DNA of 58,684 bases, the filler included, from Squatina squatina (Eukaryota): assembly GCA_031763465.1 (NCBI GenBank). It is 3 parts of 3 records of this genome, joined end to end, with 100 filler letters (N's around TTAATTAATTAA, not from the genome) between each part and the next. Parts side by side here need not be neighbours in the genome. Positions count along the whole stretch, not along the records: positions 1 to 28,282 come from JARFOE010000004.1; positions 28,383 to 46,073 come from JARFOE010000016.1; 1 more part is not named here. One strand, written 5' to 3'. The position numbers and the translations under genes were made by a program. The stretch's first letter is position 1; every line of letters begins with the position of its first letter. Below are positions 26,012-37,235 of the stretch, one piece after another. The notes under the pieces were generated by a model, which worked only from the letters and a program-made list of their open reading frames with translations, had not been told where the DNA came from and did no database searches.

Positions 26012-26925
26012 GGAATTTAATTCTAATTAAGGCATCCTTTTGCAACTCATCTTTTTAAATTAATTGTAGCATTGGTTTACATCCAGATATCCTTGTGAAT
26101 TATTTGACCCTCTGGTAAATCCACTAATTCTGTTATGTATGATTTAAAAAGAAAACGAGCACGAGTGGGACAGCAAGTGGGTGGACACCCTGCTTTGGGC
26201 TATTGAAATTTAGTGCCGTGATTAGGTGGGATGTGATGCCTGTAATCTCCCATATACCTAATACTGACCTAAAGCGACGTGGCTGTGAGAAGAGGCCAGT
26301 GAAAAGTCAAAGTGACTGTCATCTCTGGACTAGTCTTGTGCACCTCTGCATGGCTAGTTTCAGAGTGGCATTGGGAGGGCTGGGAGTAGATGAGTCTGAA
26401 CACTGTTGGCCGTAATTGAGCAAGAAGACTGAATTGGGGGAAAAGGGAGACAGTAATGTTCGCATCACAAAAAAGTGCAGAGATTATTGCATATCTTGTG
26501 GTTTGGGTGAGTATTCACTCACCCTTTAAAGGTTAGCTCTTGCAGTTTGATCTTTGAAGCCCTGAATATGCTACAGCANNNNNNNNNNNNNNNNNNNNNN
26601 NNNNNNNNNNNNNNNNNNNNNNNNNNNNNNNNNNNNNNNNNNNNNNNNNNNNNNNNNNNNNNNNNNNNNNNNNNNNNNTCTTCTTTTTTCTTACTTGCTG
26701 TATTATTCTGTTCTTCCTGTCTTAACTTTTTCTCTGTGTTTTTGTTTACTATTCTCTGCACACGAAGCCTAGAAAGGTGATGTGGACATTGGAAGATGGG
26801 GGAAGCCCTGAAGTGGAATACACGTGACGATGTCAGGCTTCAACCTTAGCAAGATGGTTTTCAACAATGGGGATACCTAGGGATGTGGAGTGAGATCAAC
26901 TGTAGCTGGTTTTATGGTGTCAGAC

Positions 26926-27360
26926 ATGGCTCAGTGGTAGCACTCCTGCTTCTGAATCAGAAGGTTGTGGGTTCAAGTCCCAGTGCAGAAATTTGAGCAA
27001 ATAATCTAACACTTCAGCGCAGTACTGAACTGTCAGAGATGCTGTCTTTCGGATGAGACGTTAAACCGAGGCCCCGTCCGCCTCTCAGGCGGATGTAAAT
27101 TATCCCATGGCACTTTTCAAAGAAGAGCAGGCGAGTTCTCTCCAGTGTCCTGGCCAATATTTATCCCTCAACCAACATCAATTTAAAAAAAAACGGTTAT
27201 TTAGCCATTACCTCATTACTGTTCGTGGGACCTTGCTGTGCCGCATTGCCTGCATTACAACAGTGACTACACTTCAAAAGTACTTCATTGGCTGTAGAGC
27301 GCTTTGGGACATCCTGAGGTTGTGAAAGGCGTGATATAAATGGAATTCATTCTTTCTTCC
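26926..27360 (+). mobile_element. tRNA-headed DeuSINE-like SINE (SacSINE1-like), full length
   Basis: A box tggctcagtggt, B box gttcaagtcc, central ggatgagacgttaaaccgaggcccc domain, tail cttcaaaagtacttcattggctgt...tataaat. Confidence 0.85.
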
Positions 27361-28001
27361 ATAACCATTCTTTATGTGAGTATCTAAGCAGTAAATATCT
27401 GCAACTATGACGCAAAGGTAGCATCGAGTTCTATGCTCATCTAATGTCCGCAAACGATGACATTCCAGCAGGTATCACGAGGCAGAGCCTGGTTATTTTT
27501 CTCCCTGCGCAAGCCTGGGGCCATTGATGGCAGTTGTAGTATTGCCAAGCCCTAGTTGAGACCAACTGATTTGGCACACACGAGTGATCAATCCTAGCAC
27601 CTCCTTGATCTGTATGAAATGGACTTCAGAAAATTCTGCAAAGTACTGAGGCAATAAATTTCTCCAACTTCATTGTAAAAGATTCAGTGTTAATAATAGG
27701 CATTTTTAAATAGTTATTATTTATATAGCAACCTAAGACATGAGCATATATAATTAAAGAGTGCAAAGGAACGCAGTACTCATAGGATTAAAATAAATTA
27801 CTGGATACTGTCAAACTGGTTTGGAGATTTTACTCTAATGTTTATTTTTTTTAACTTCTGTGCCTCCAGCATATATATTGCAGGTGCTCATGTGAGAAGG
27901 ATTTCTCATGAAACGCACAGAATATCAAATCTATAAACACTCACTGACTGTGGGTTGTGCATTCAATGCAAAAATTCCAAAATCTATGTCCNNNNNNNNN
28001 N

Positions 28002-28282
28002 TCGGGGTCGAGGGTGACTTGCTTCCACTCCAGTATTGTGGGTTCTGAGGTGACTAAATAGACCTATACGGGATCCACAAACTCTGCCACAGCTGGGGTA
28101 GGTGGTGTTTGATGGGGGTCTGGGTGGGATAGTTAGATTGTCGCACGTTCCTTCTGCTGTTTGTGTTTGGCCTCCACGTGCTCCCGTCAAAGAAGATCGA
28201 AGTGATCGGCGCTTTCTCGGATGTTTCTCCTCCAGTTCAGACAGTCTTGAGTCAGGGATTCCCATGAGTCGGTGGGGATGTT
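28002..28282 (-). mobile_element. RTE-type LINE, 3' end
   Basis: C-terminal PSCGRVCGSRIGLFSHLRTH zinc-finger-like peptide typical of RTE-clade ORF ends. Confidence 0.7.
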
Positions 28283-28326
28283 NNNNNNNNNNNNNNNNNN
28301 NNNNNNNNNNNNNNNNNNNNNNNNNN

Positions 28327-28338
28327 TTAATTAATTAA
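28327..28338. other. Artificial scaffold linker TTAATTAATTAA
   Basis: Centred in 44 N + 44 N; stop codons in all six frames; synteny changes across it. Confidence 0.95.
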
Positions 28339-28382
28339 NNNNNNNNNNNNNNNNNNNNNNNNNNNNNNNNNNNNNNNNNNNN

Positions 28383-28444
28383 CCGATGATCTGGTCAGAC
28401 ATTGTCTGGAATTTGTCCTGCATCTGTTGGAGCAATGTGGTAAC
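28383..28444 (-). CDS. HSBP1: Heat shock factor-binding protein 1, partial exon
   Basis: ttttgcag acceptor then VTTLLQQMQDKFQTMSDQIIG, running into the gap. Confidence 0.9.
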
Positions 28445-30193
28445 CTGCAAAATACAAATGAACTAAGCTTTACCAGCTCGTCGCTTATTAAAATCAAGTT
28501 TAAACTTGCTTAATAAAAACTGGTTGCATCAGTCGATGCTGGACCAATTTATAATGCTGCACTTTAACCATTTATTCATAGCATTAATACTTCACTAAAT
28601 ATTTAAAGTGTTAACAAAACACTGCACGTTAATGTCAGCCTCGATTGAGCTTAAGTCTTGGAGTGAGGCTTAAACGCACAACCATCTGACTCACAGGCAA
28701 GAGTGGTCACTGGGCCAAGGCTGGCATACAAATTAAACAGGGCCTGTCAGCATTAATTTCCAAAAGGCACATCATGCTTGACCAAATGTATATAATTTTT
28801 TGAAGAAACAGCAGAGAGGATAGATCTAGGAAGCACAGCAAATGTGGTTTTGATGAATTTTCAAAAAAACACAAGAGATGTGCCAAAGGTAACAGCATAT
28901 GGAAATAAGGGAAATATTACCACATTGATAGAGATGATATTTCAAAGCAAATGCTAAGGGTAAAAGACAGGACAGTTGTAAAGACTGATGTTTCATAGAG
29001 GACTCTGCTGGGGCCGCTCTTATGCTCTGGAAATTGANNNNNNNNNNNNNNNNNNNNNNNNNNNNNNNNNNNNNNNNNNNNNNNNNNNNNNNNNNNNNNN
29101 NNNNNNNNNNNNNNNNNNNNNNNNNNNNNNNNNNNNNAATTAAATGAAAGTAGGGTCACAAAAGGTCAAAGAAGTTCAATGGACGACATGAGCATTTTAA
29201 CTACACACAAATGGAACCTAATTCTAGCAAACTACTATTAAACTACTGCATTATTTCTGAAAAAATACAGAGAATACTTGGGGGAAGAGTGAACCATTAA
29301 ACAACTTGTCCACTTTTCATACATATGCATATAAAACCAGTGATCAGTTTTCAGAGTGTTCACAATATGTTTTTGGAGGAAGCTTTAAGAAAAAAATGTT
29401 TTTGTATTGTTGTGAAAAAGAGGGCAATTATCGGTGTTCTTTGAGATGACCCTTCCTCCTTAATCGCCACTTTTTCTTTGTAATAAAGTTTGTGCATTAT
29501 AAATTTTATGGGATGTCAGTTAATGGATAGCAGTATTGTGTTATTATTTAACTTGCCAGAGAAAGGGATAAATGGGTTTTACCACTCCTGTTGCTGTGAA
29601 TTAAAAATAAAATTGGACATAGTTATTTGATAGGAGCAAATCGCATGTCAGCCTGCTATGTTATCAATGCTTTAAAACAAACATTTTACTTTCCGACAAT
29701 CTTTTCAATCTCCTCTCCTGAAAGTTTTGACTGTTGCTGGAATATGGTTCACGTGGTGCTGAAGAACCTGCAGTATTTGTCCAAGTGACCATTATTATTG
29801 CGCACGCTTTAACAGTAACTGACAGTAAGCTATTCGATCACGGGGAGTATCCTGGCTGAGCCCGATTGTCCTTGGCTGATGTCCAGATGGCATTTTTATA
29901 GGGATTATTGAATAGCAATCAGGAGTCTGAATGGTTTTTCCCATCTTACACCAAGAAATCTTGAGGCCGGTTGTTGCGCCATTGCACTGGCCTGGTTGAG
30001 GTCAGCTAATTCAGCAAAGCATATGGATTTAGCCTGGGCCCTCTGCCCTTTGATGTCTTGGCTATTCACTGGATAAACTCAATTGGCTATTCGGGAGCAT
30101 ATATGTCATACATGTTTTTGTCATTTTTTCGTTTATACTTTCCAAAAAATATTGCATGCAAATTTCTAACGATAGCGCTCATTATTTATGCAG

Positions 30194-30327
30194 GTTTGGA
30201 AGACATTTTGAAGTGACCCTCCTGTTGCAGAGCATTGTCTTGATAATCACCATGCTGGCCTTGCTGCACTTGTGCTGTACTGTACAGAGATCTTCCAGAA
30301 TGAGCACCAGTAGACACTTTTTCACAG
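30194..30327 (+). CDS. SLC66A2/PQLC1-like PQ-loop protein, internal exon
   Basis: 134-bp exon FGRHFEVTLLLQSIVLIITMLALLHLCCTVQRSSRMSTSRHFFT; homologous to but distinct from recalled PQLC1 FGRRFESPLLWQS... Confidence 0.85.
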
Positions 30328-30439
30328 GTTTGCACCTTCATGTGTTGATAAAGATATATTTCATATATATATGGTGTTAAGTAGTTTGTCATTTTAGACA
30401 CCAAAGAAGAGAAGCTGAAATCATTTTTATGGAGTTGAT

Positions 30440-30698
30440 GAAATAAAGAAAGACTTGCATTTATATAGCGCCTTTCACGGCCACCGGACATCCCAAAGCA
30501 TTTTACAACCAATGAAGTACTTTTGAAGTGTAGTCGCTGTTGTAATGTAGTAAACATAGCAGCCAACTTAACACAAAAGCAATGTGATAATGACCAGGTA
30601 ATCTGTTTCAGTGATGTTGATTGAGGGATAAATATTGGCCAGGACACCGGGAATAACTGCCCTGCTCTTCTTCAAAATAGTGCCATGGGATGTTTTAC
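30440..30698 (-). mobile_element. DeuSINE-like SINE, 3' half
   Basis: aaagacttgcatttatatagcgcctttcac...aagtacttttgaagtgtagtc; same family as 26926-27360. Confidence 0.8.
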
Positions 30699-31634
30699 AA
30701 CAACAACTTGTATTTATATAGCGCCTTTAACCTAGTGAAATGTCCCAAGGTGCTTCACAGGAGTATTATGAGATTAAAAAATTGACACTGAGCCGCATAA
30801 GGAGAAATTAGGGCAGGTGACCAAAAGCTTGGTCAAAGAGGTAGGGGCCCGAATTTGGATGCCCCGAAATGGGCTGCTGAATTCGGGGTCCCGTAATCCA
30901 ATGTGCACCATGTCACTGGAAATGCACAGTGACGCGGACTTGGACTCTTTGTTGATGTGTCGGGCCAGCGTAATGTGGCATTACTGAATCAGCATTGCCA
31001 TGGCGCTGACCCGGCAGTGACCCGACCAAATCTGGTTTACGCCAACAGCGTGGCATGCGCAAGCCACAGCCCCGGGGCTTTTTCAAGGGTTCTTGCATGC
31101 CAGGGACCATGCCGGCAAGCGGGGGGAAGGTGGTCGTCGGAGATCGGCCGCCAGCGCAGGCCATGCACCTTTAAGGGCCCCTGACAACAACAGCAGAAGC
31201 CTGTCGTTGCCAGAGCCAGTGGCAGTAGTGTTGGGCAAGCTGCCTCCAATGCCAGAGGTGGGGTTGCAGGTGGAGAGGGGTCGGTGCGCAATGTTATGAC
31301 ATCACACGCCGGCCCCTGCAGCAGGGCCTGTTACGCTGGCGGCAGGGCATCTACGCTACCAACGTGACAGGCCCAGTTCTGTCATTTGAATTTTTAGGCC
31401 TCAAGGCTGATTTCATGCCCAGATATTGCCGCAAATCTGCGCAATCCAGTCATGAGGTCAGACGAATTGGGGCCCTATCGGTTTTAAGGAGCATCTTGAA
31501 GGAGGAAAGAGAGGCGGAGAGGTTTAAGCAGGGAATTCCAAAGCTTAGGGCCAAGGCAACAGAAGGCGCGGCCACCAAATGGTTGAACGATTATAATCAG
31601 GGATGCTCAAGAGGGCAGAATTAGAGGAGCGCAG
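30699..31634 (-). mobile_element. L2-type LINE 3' end, interrupted by a DNA transposon
   Basis: caacaacttgtatttatatagcgcc...ggtcaaagaggta at the left resumes as ggttttaaggagcatcttgaaggagg after 31478. Confidence 0.75.
30845..31475. mobile_element. GC-rich non-autonomous DNA transposon nested in L2
   Basis: Imperfect TIRs gggcccgaattt / gaattggggccc (10 of 12 pair); flanks tag / tat. Confidence 0.6.
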
Positions 31635-32419
31635 NNNNNNNNNNNNNNNNNNNNNNNNNNNNNNNNNNNNNNNNNNNNNNNNNNNNNNNNNNNNNNNNNN
31701 NNNNNNNNNNNNNNNNNNNNNNNNNNNNNNNNNNTGAGTAGTTTCATAATATGTGCACAATATGTCATGCACCAGGAGTGCAGCAAAAGAAAATATACCC
31801 TTGTGTAATTTAGCAGCCTGGTTGTATTAAAAATGCATTGTGCTGGCATGGTTTGACTACTTGTTGTGTTTCTTTTATTTAAAGAACCCTTAGGGATGTG
31901 ATTAGGTGTACTTCTTGTTTTCTTAATGCACCAATGGTGATTTATGTACCCAATCCAGAGCCTCTGTGTTTGAAGCCACTGTCACTGTATTATTGAATTT
32001 TCTAATAGACTCCATTCCTAATCTTATGCAGGCCAATGCAATGTACGACAAAGCAGCACAAAATTAGTTTCTGCCCATGGTTGTTTCCCACATTGCACAG
32101 GAGTTAATTACCTTGAATCTAATTCTTTGCTGTATTTTCCAATACTCTAATGCTTCCTGTCATGTTTTCCTTCTCTATTCTTGAAACTTCTTGCTGTGCT
32201 TTACAGCACTGAGTAATTGCCTCGTCAGTTCCTCAATCTGGATAGAAGTAGTGAAAGTGCACTCTCAAAACAGAAGTGCTCTGTAAATACTTCCTATAAA
32301 GGTGGGAAACTTCTTATTTAGAGAAGCGTAGGTGCCCAGGAGTCATTCTGGGGAGTTAAACCCACTTTAATATTATATTAATCAGTAAAATAATACCAGC
32401 ACAATTATATTTTTTAAAT

Positions 32420-32655
32420 TCTTTTGAGCAGGAGAAATGTCTTCATACAGAGAATTGAGAGGCTGTGGAATTCACTTCCAGGGTTACTGGTTAAGGCAAA
32501 GTCTATGTCAACATTCAAGATTAAATTGGAAAGGTGGATGAAGGAATATAGGGACAGGATAGGTAAATGTGATGAAGACTATTTGCTCACATGGAGGGTA
32601 AACATCACAATGACTGGTTGGGCTGAATGGCCTAGTTTGTGCTTTAACTACTATG
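32420..32655 (+). mobile_element. CR1-type LINE, 3' fragment
   Basis: RRNVFIQRIERLWNSLP...FKIKLERWM plus the gggctgaatggcct tail. Confidence 0.8.
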
Positions 32656-32958
32656 TACAGGTATGTATAAGCTTTTAGAGCCATAATTCCGGTGGCCAGT
32701 GAGGTGGATCACTTGGTGGAGCAGGGCTGGGTAGGGGAGAACATTTTATGTTACACTGTCCTTGAAGGACCTCTCTTGATACTGTGACACTTTTAATGTG
32801 ACTTACAGGACTTATTTCCCTCACATTAAACAGCAAATAACAGCATATATATTATGCCTCGTTTGTGACTATTGTTATCTTGGCAATTGTGATAAATTAA
32901 TACTGAGGTTCAGTAGGTGCATGCATAATCAAAATTGTCTTTTGTTTTCTCTCCATAG

Positions 32959-33024
32959 ATTTTGATCCAGGATATTTTTGGGCCTGGAGCCGCTTTCTTG
33001 ATTACATCCAGTTTTGTTTATTCT
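32959..33024 (+). CDS. SLC66A2/PQLC1-like PQ-loop protein, partial exon
   Basis: ccatag acceptor then (D)FDPGYFWAWSRFLDYIQFCLF; in phase with 30194-30327; truncated by a gap. Confidence 0.85.
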
Positions 33025-33124
33025 NNNNNNNNNNNNNNNNNNNNNNNNNNNNNNNNNNNNNNNNNNNNNNNNNNNNNNNNNNNNNNNNNNNNNNNNNNNN
33101 NNNNNNNNNNNNNNNNNNNNNNNN

Positions 33125-33243
33125 GCACTCCCCGATCCTTGTGCACTCCCTGATCCTCACACACTCGATCCTCGCACACTCCCCGATCCTCGCGCACTCG
33201 ATCCTCGCGAACTACTCGATCCTCGTGCACTCACCGATCCTCA
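33125..33243. repeat. Degenerate minisatellite (13-17 bp unit, gcactc(cc)cgatcctc)
   Basis: About 8 imperfect tandem copies at a contig edge. Confidence 0.85.
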
Positions 33244-33319
33244 GTCACACACCGAATGAAGGTGTATAGGATAAACTATAGGAGGGTTTGTATATACTTC
33301 GCAATTGAGCAGGTGAAAT

Positions 33320-33730
33320 TCAATGTTGATAAATAAAAAGCCAATGCACGCAGAGGAAAAGAAGCAAAAGTCCAAACTCACGAATGCTGCGGCGGACTGT
33401 AAGTCCCAAAGTCTGAAGCCCAAGGGAGTGCCTAGCAAGGCGCATGACATAGAGAATTCTCAAGGCGCGCAATATTCGGAGGACCAGGCCTAATTTTTCC
33501 AAATAAATATTACTTCCTGAAGGTTTGTTGCTGTCCGCAGGTCCTTTGTCAACCAAAAGTGAAACATAATACGGTAGAATTGCTAATATGTCAATAATGT
33601 TCAAAGGGCCTCTCAGAAACTGCCATTTGCTTCGAGCCTGGATAAACCGAAGCACAAACTCCAAGGAGAACCAGGCCACACAGATGGTTTCTATTATAAA
33701 CATGTTATAGCACCTCTGGGAACATTTATC
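33320..33730 (-). CDS. KCNG4: Kv6.4 modifier subunit, S2-S5 exon, apparently truncated
   Basis: ctacag acceptor then DKCSQRCYNMFIIETICVAWFSLEF...LRALRILYVMRLARHSLGLQTLGLTVRR...FLCV; homology stops near 33347 and a stop follows; adjacent to WFDC1 as in human. Confidence 0.85.
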   Translation of the reverse strand, partial: DKCSQRCYNMFIIETICVAWFSLEFVLRFIQARSKWQFLRGPLNIIDILAILPYYVSLLVDKGPADSNKPSGSNIYLEKLGLVLRILRALRILYVMRLARHSLGLQTLGLTVRRSIREFGLLLLFLCVHWLFIYQH

Positions 33731-33879
33731 CTGTAGACAAAATGCAGAAAAAATTGCACAGCATTAATAATAATAAAAANNNNNNNNNNNNNNNNNNNNN
33801 NNNNNNNNNNNNNNNNNNNNNNNNNNNNNNNNNNNNNNNNNNNNNNNNNNNNNNNNNNNNNNNNNNNNNNNNNNNNNNN

Positions 33880-34020
33880 GCTCCATCGAGACTGCTCATA
33901 TGCAGTCAGGGCTCCATCGAGACTGTGCATGCGCAGTCAGGGCTCCATCGAGACTGTGCGTGTGTAGTCAGGGCTCCATCGAGACTGCTCATATGCAGTC
34001 AGGGTTCCATCGAGATTGCA
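33880..34020. repeat. 31-bp minisatellite, about 4.5 copies
   Basis: Unit gctccatcgagactgctcatatgcagtcagg starting at 33880, 33911, 33942, 33973, 34004. Confidence 0.93.
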
Positions 34021-35300
34021 CAAAACCGAGACATTTGAGACATTTTCAAAAAATTGTTGGGACACCGGGCTGTTTGGCGAAAAACCGAGACTCCCAGCAA
34101 AACCAGGACGTCTGGTCAATACTCCAAAATGATGTCTTTAATAGATGTAAGAAGTTTAATCTGCTGAGTCTGTCAGTCTGTGCCTTCTGTTGACAGTGAC
34201 CTTTTCTTTAAGAAGATGGCAATTTTGCATCAAATGAAGGAATATATTGTCCTGTGCAATTTGAAATAGAGGGTATTTTTATGGCCTTCGGCACAGCTGA
34301 CTTGATTGTGAAGTACCGTGCTTATAAAAAGTTTGAGTATGTTTGATAGCTGAATTAATGCATTTTAATTGTCAGCTGGACATGTGAATGATTAAAGCCA
34401 GTCTTCAATGTCTTTCGGCTGCTTAATTCTTGGTTCATTTTTGCTTCTGCTGTGCTAGTTTTCAACCATGTTCATTACTTCTCTTGGTGTTGCATGTTCA
34501 GCAGGTTGCTTGATCAGGTATACCAGTGCACTGAAGCAAACCTGTCTGGCACCTATAACTTTCTTTGATTGTCATCAGTGGCTACCTAATGGCACTCTCT
34601 ATATGTGGCATGTTTCTCTTATGTGTTATGTGCTTCTTAGTGCTCACTGTGATACTTCAAGACCAGCATTTTGTTCCAAATATCCTTCAAAGCCTCTCTT
34701 GGTGCATGTTGATCTCCTGTGTGATAGCTTCACATGCCTCCTGAATACTGGTACCTTTCCTTTTCACTCTACAGAGAGCACTTCACCATGCCATCGTGCT
34801 ACATGCTATTGTCTGCAGATCGCTCTCTGTAGATCGGGCTTGACGTCCTCTGCACTCTCCCTCCATTCCTCACGGAGGCTGCACACTCCACAGCTGGAAA
34901 AAACCACAGGCACTATTTGCAGCAGTTATGCAGTTGTTTAGCTAACCGAGCAGCATTCTTGAATGTGCTTTCCAATTGGCAGCTCAGCTGTGCATTTTTC
35001 AGTGCGTCAAAGCTTCCAGGAAGTTCACAGAACAAAATGTTCCTGCGACTGTAGAAAATGTACAAAATATTAACTCCCATTTAATACACTGCCTGCACGC
35101 TAAGAGTCAGTTTGACGCCAGGACAAATTTGAAAGCTTTCACTGAATATTGTTACCCTGAGGTCCTTCTTTGCATCATTTGATTGCTAGTTTGCAAAAAC
35201 ACTACTTGGATAAACTATGCAGTTGAAACTGCTGAGCGATGCTTTGGCTTATATTTGTTGGTCGAGACATCAGTGTTCATCAGTGATAGCATGGACAACT

Positions 35301-35609
35301 GGGTACGGTAACATAGTGCTAATGTTACAGGACTAGTAAGCCAGAGGCCTGGCTTTAATGATCCAAGGACACAAGTTTAAATCCCACCACAGCAGTTGGG
35401 AATTTAATCTGGAATTAAAAAGCTAGCATCAGTGAAAATATCAGATTGCCGTTAATGTTCTTTCGGGAAGGAAATCTGCCGTCCTTACCCGGTCTGGCCT
35501 ATATGTGACTCCAGACGCACAGCAATGTGGTTAACTCTTAACAGCCCTCTGAAATGGCTGAGGAAGCCACTCAGTTGGACCAAACTGCTACAAAGAAATA
35601 CTCCCACTG
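35301..35609 (+). mobile_element. Second tRNA-derived SINE family (unassigned)
   Basis: tRNA-like head and the core ggcctatatgtgactc...ccctctgaa.tggc, which recurs at 45850-45920. Confidence 0.65.
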
Positions 35610-36920
35610 NNNNNNNNNNNNNNNNNNNNNNNNNNNNNNNNNNNNNNNNNNNNNNNNNNNNNNNNNNNNNNNNNNNNNNNNNNNNNNNNNNNNNNNNNNN
35701 NNNNNNNNNGGGGGGGGGGGGGGGTCGGTGCGGGTGTGCAGGGGGAATGGGGAATGAAAGATGGACCCACCCTTCCAGATCAGAATTCCAGCCCCATTGC
35801 AGAAGAAACAGCTGATTAATGCACTCTTCAACTCAGGAATTTCAGGCTTTTTGAATCAAAATAGTTTTACAAATAAATAGAAACAAACAACAGTATTTGA
35901 TGCACACATGTTGTCTTCGGTATCCTGATATCAGGTTCCTAATCATATCGCTTCCTCAAAATTAAAATGTTTAAATATTAATATCCAATATTAACCTGAA
36001 CAGAATGAATGATAGGTAGCTTCTTCCTCTACATTTAAATCCATCCAACACACGTTAATAAGTTATTACTCCTATCATCATACTTGCATGTAAAACTGAA
36101 CTGCCTTTACCAATATATTCAGTGTCAGAAAAGAAGACTTTCGCAGTTTGCTTTTTTTAGGATTGTTCCTGTGGATTTGCCTGATCTGTAATTGAAAGTG
36201 CTTTGCACTGTTATTATGTAAGTGTTATGAACAAAGTGTTTTAAGCTGGTACAATATTGCCGAGATAGTATTAGGTAATGCATAAATGTTTGCTTGATTA
36301 AACATGAATAACCTTGTAAAATGCTGCATTTTACTTATAAAGGTCAAGGCTTCTGGTTTTTCTTGCTCTCTCTATTGGGATGATGTTCCATTTAAATCAT
36401 AGATTATCTGAGATCAAATTTATCTTGAAAATGACAGCTATATCATGCAGAAAAATGCAGGGAAAACAAAAAGGAAATATATTAAAATGTAATTTAATAA
36501 TGTGCAATCTAAACGTTTAGATAAAATGATTGGATATCTAAGCATAACCAGTTTTCTGAAATGACTTTCAAGAAAATGAATTCCTGTTAGGTTGTTTGGT
36601 GGTGGCACATGTTAAATTTGATATCTTCACTTGGCACGTGTCACGAATCACAATATTACAGTAGAGGATGTTCTTTTTCAGTAGTTTATTATTGGACTTG
36701 AGCCATGAGCGTTCCAAACGGTTTCAAGTTAATAAAATTCAATATGAAAATAAGAAGAAAATAAATTAAAGCAGGGCTAGCTATCAGTTTAAAATTTCAA
36801 ATAAGCATCGCCTCAATAGGCAACTCATAATCCTGTGCCCATTCATCTTTAGAAGCATTGCTATTTTTTATAATTATACTAACATTACAGATTTTACAAG
36901 TTATAAACTTTAGAGTCATA

Positions 36921-37235
36921 GGCCTAGAAATTGGCCTCCTTAGTGCCTCCTGTTATTGCCTCAGGGCGTTAACGACTTACTGACCGGCGCGGCGAGATGA
37001 ACGATTCCCACTAACTTGGCTGAGAGGTTTGCGGCAGCGGTAACACCTTGCGCCACAATCTCCTGCGCCCGGAGATTGTGACTTCATTACCGTGCGCATC
37101 GCCCCAGACCTGAACTTCGGTTCCGTCTCCTGCCGCATCGCCGGGCGACAACACCGACAGCTGTAGGAAGCGTTGTTCGGGAGGCCAGCAGCTTCGGAGA
37201 CGCAAGTAAAAAGGGACGTCGGCGCAGGTAGGAGA
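36921..37235. mobile_element. Left end of a GC-rich non-autonomous DNA transposon
   Basis: Begins ggcctagaaattg after ta; CpG-rich; truncated by a gap. Confidence 0.5.

Noticed and set aside
26926-26985. tRNA-like sequence with A and B boxes
   Set aside because: It is the head of a SINE and continues into the SINE body; the acceptor stem is not intact.
13791-33730. Physical cluster of two Kv-modifier plus PQ-loop gene pairs
   Set aside because: The pairs are on opposite sides of an artificial linker, so their proximity is an assembly coincidence.
33880-34020. 31-bp repeats resembling a CRISPR array
   Set aside because: Head-to-tail units with no unique spacers, in a vertebrate intron; a minisatellite.
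34468-34941. 157-aa ORF on the plus strand
   Set aside because: No recognisable domain, random-looking Cys/Ser/Leu-rich composition, no exon context.
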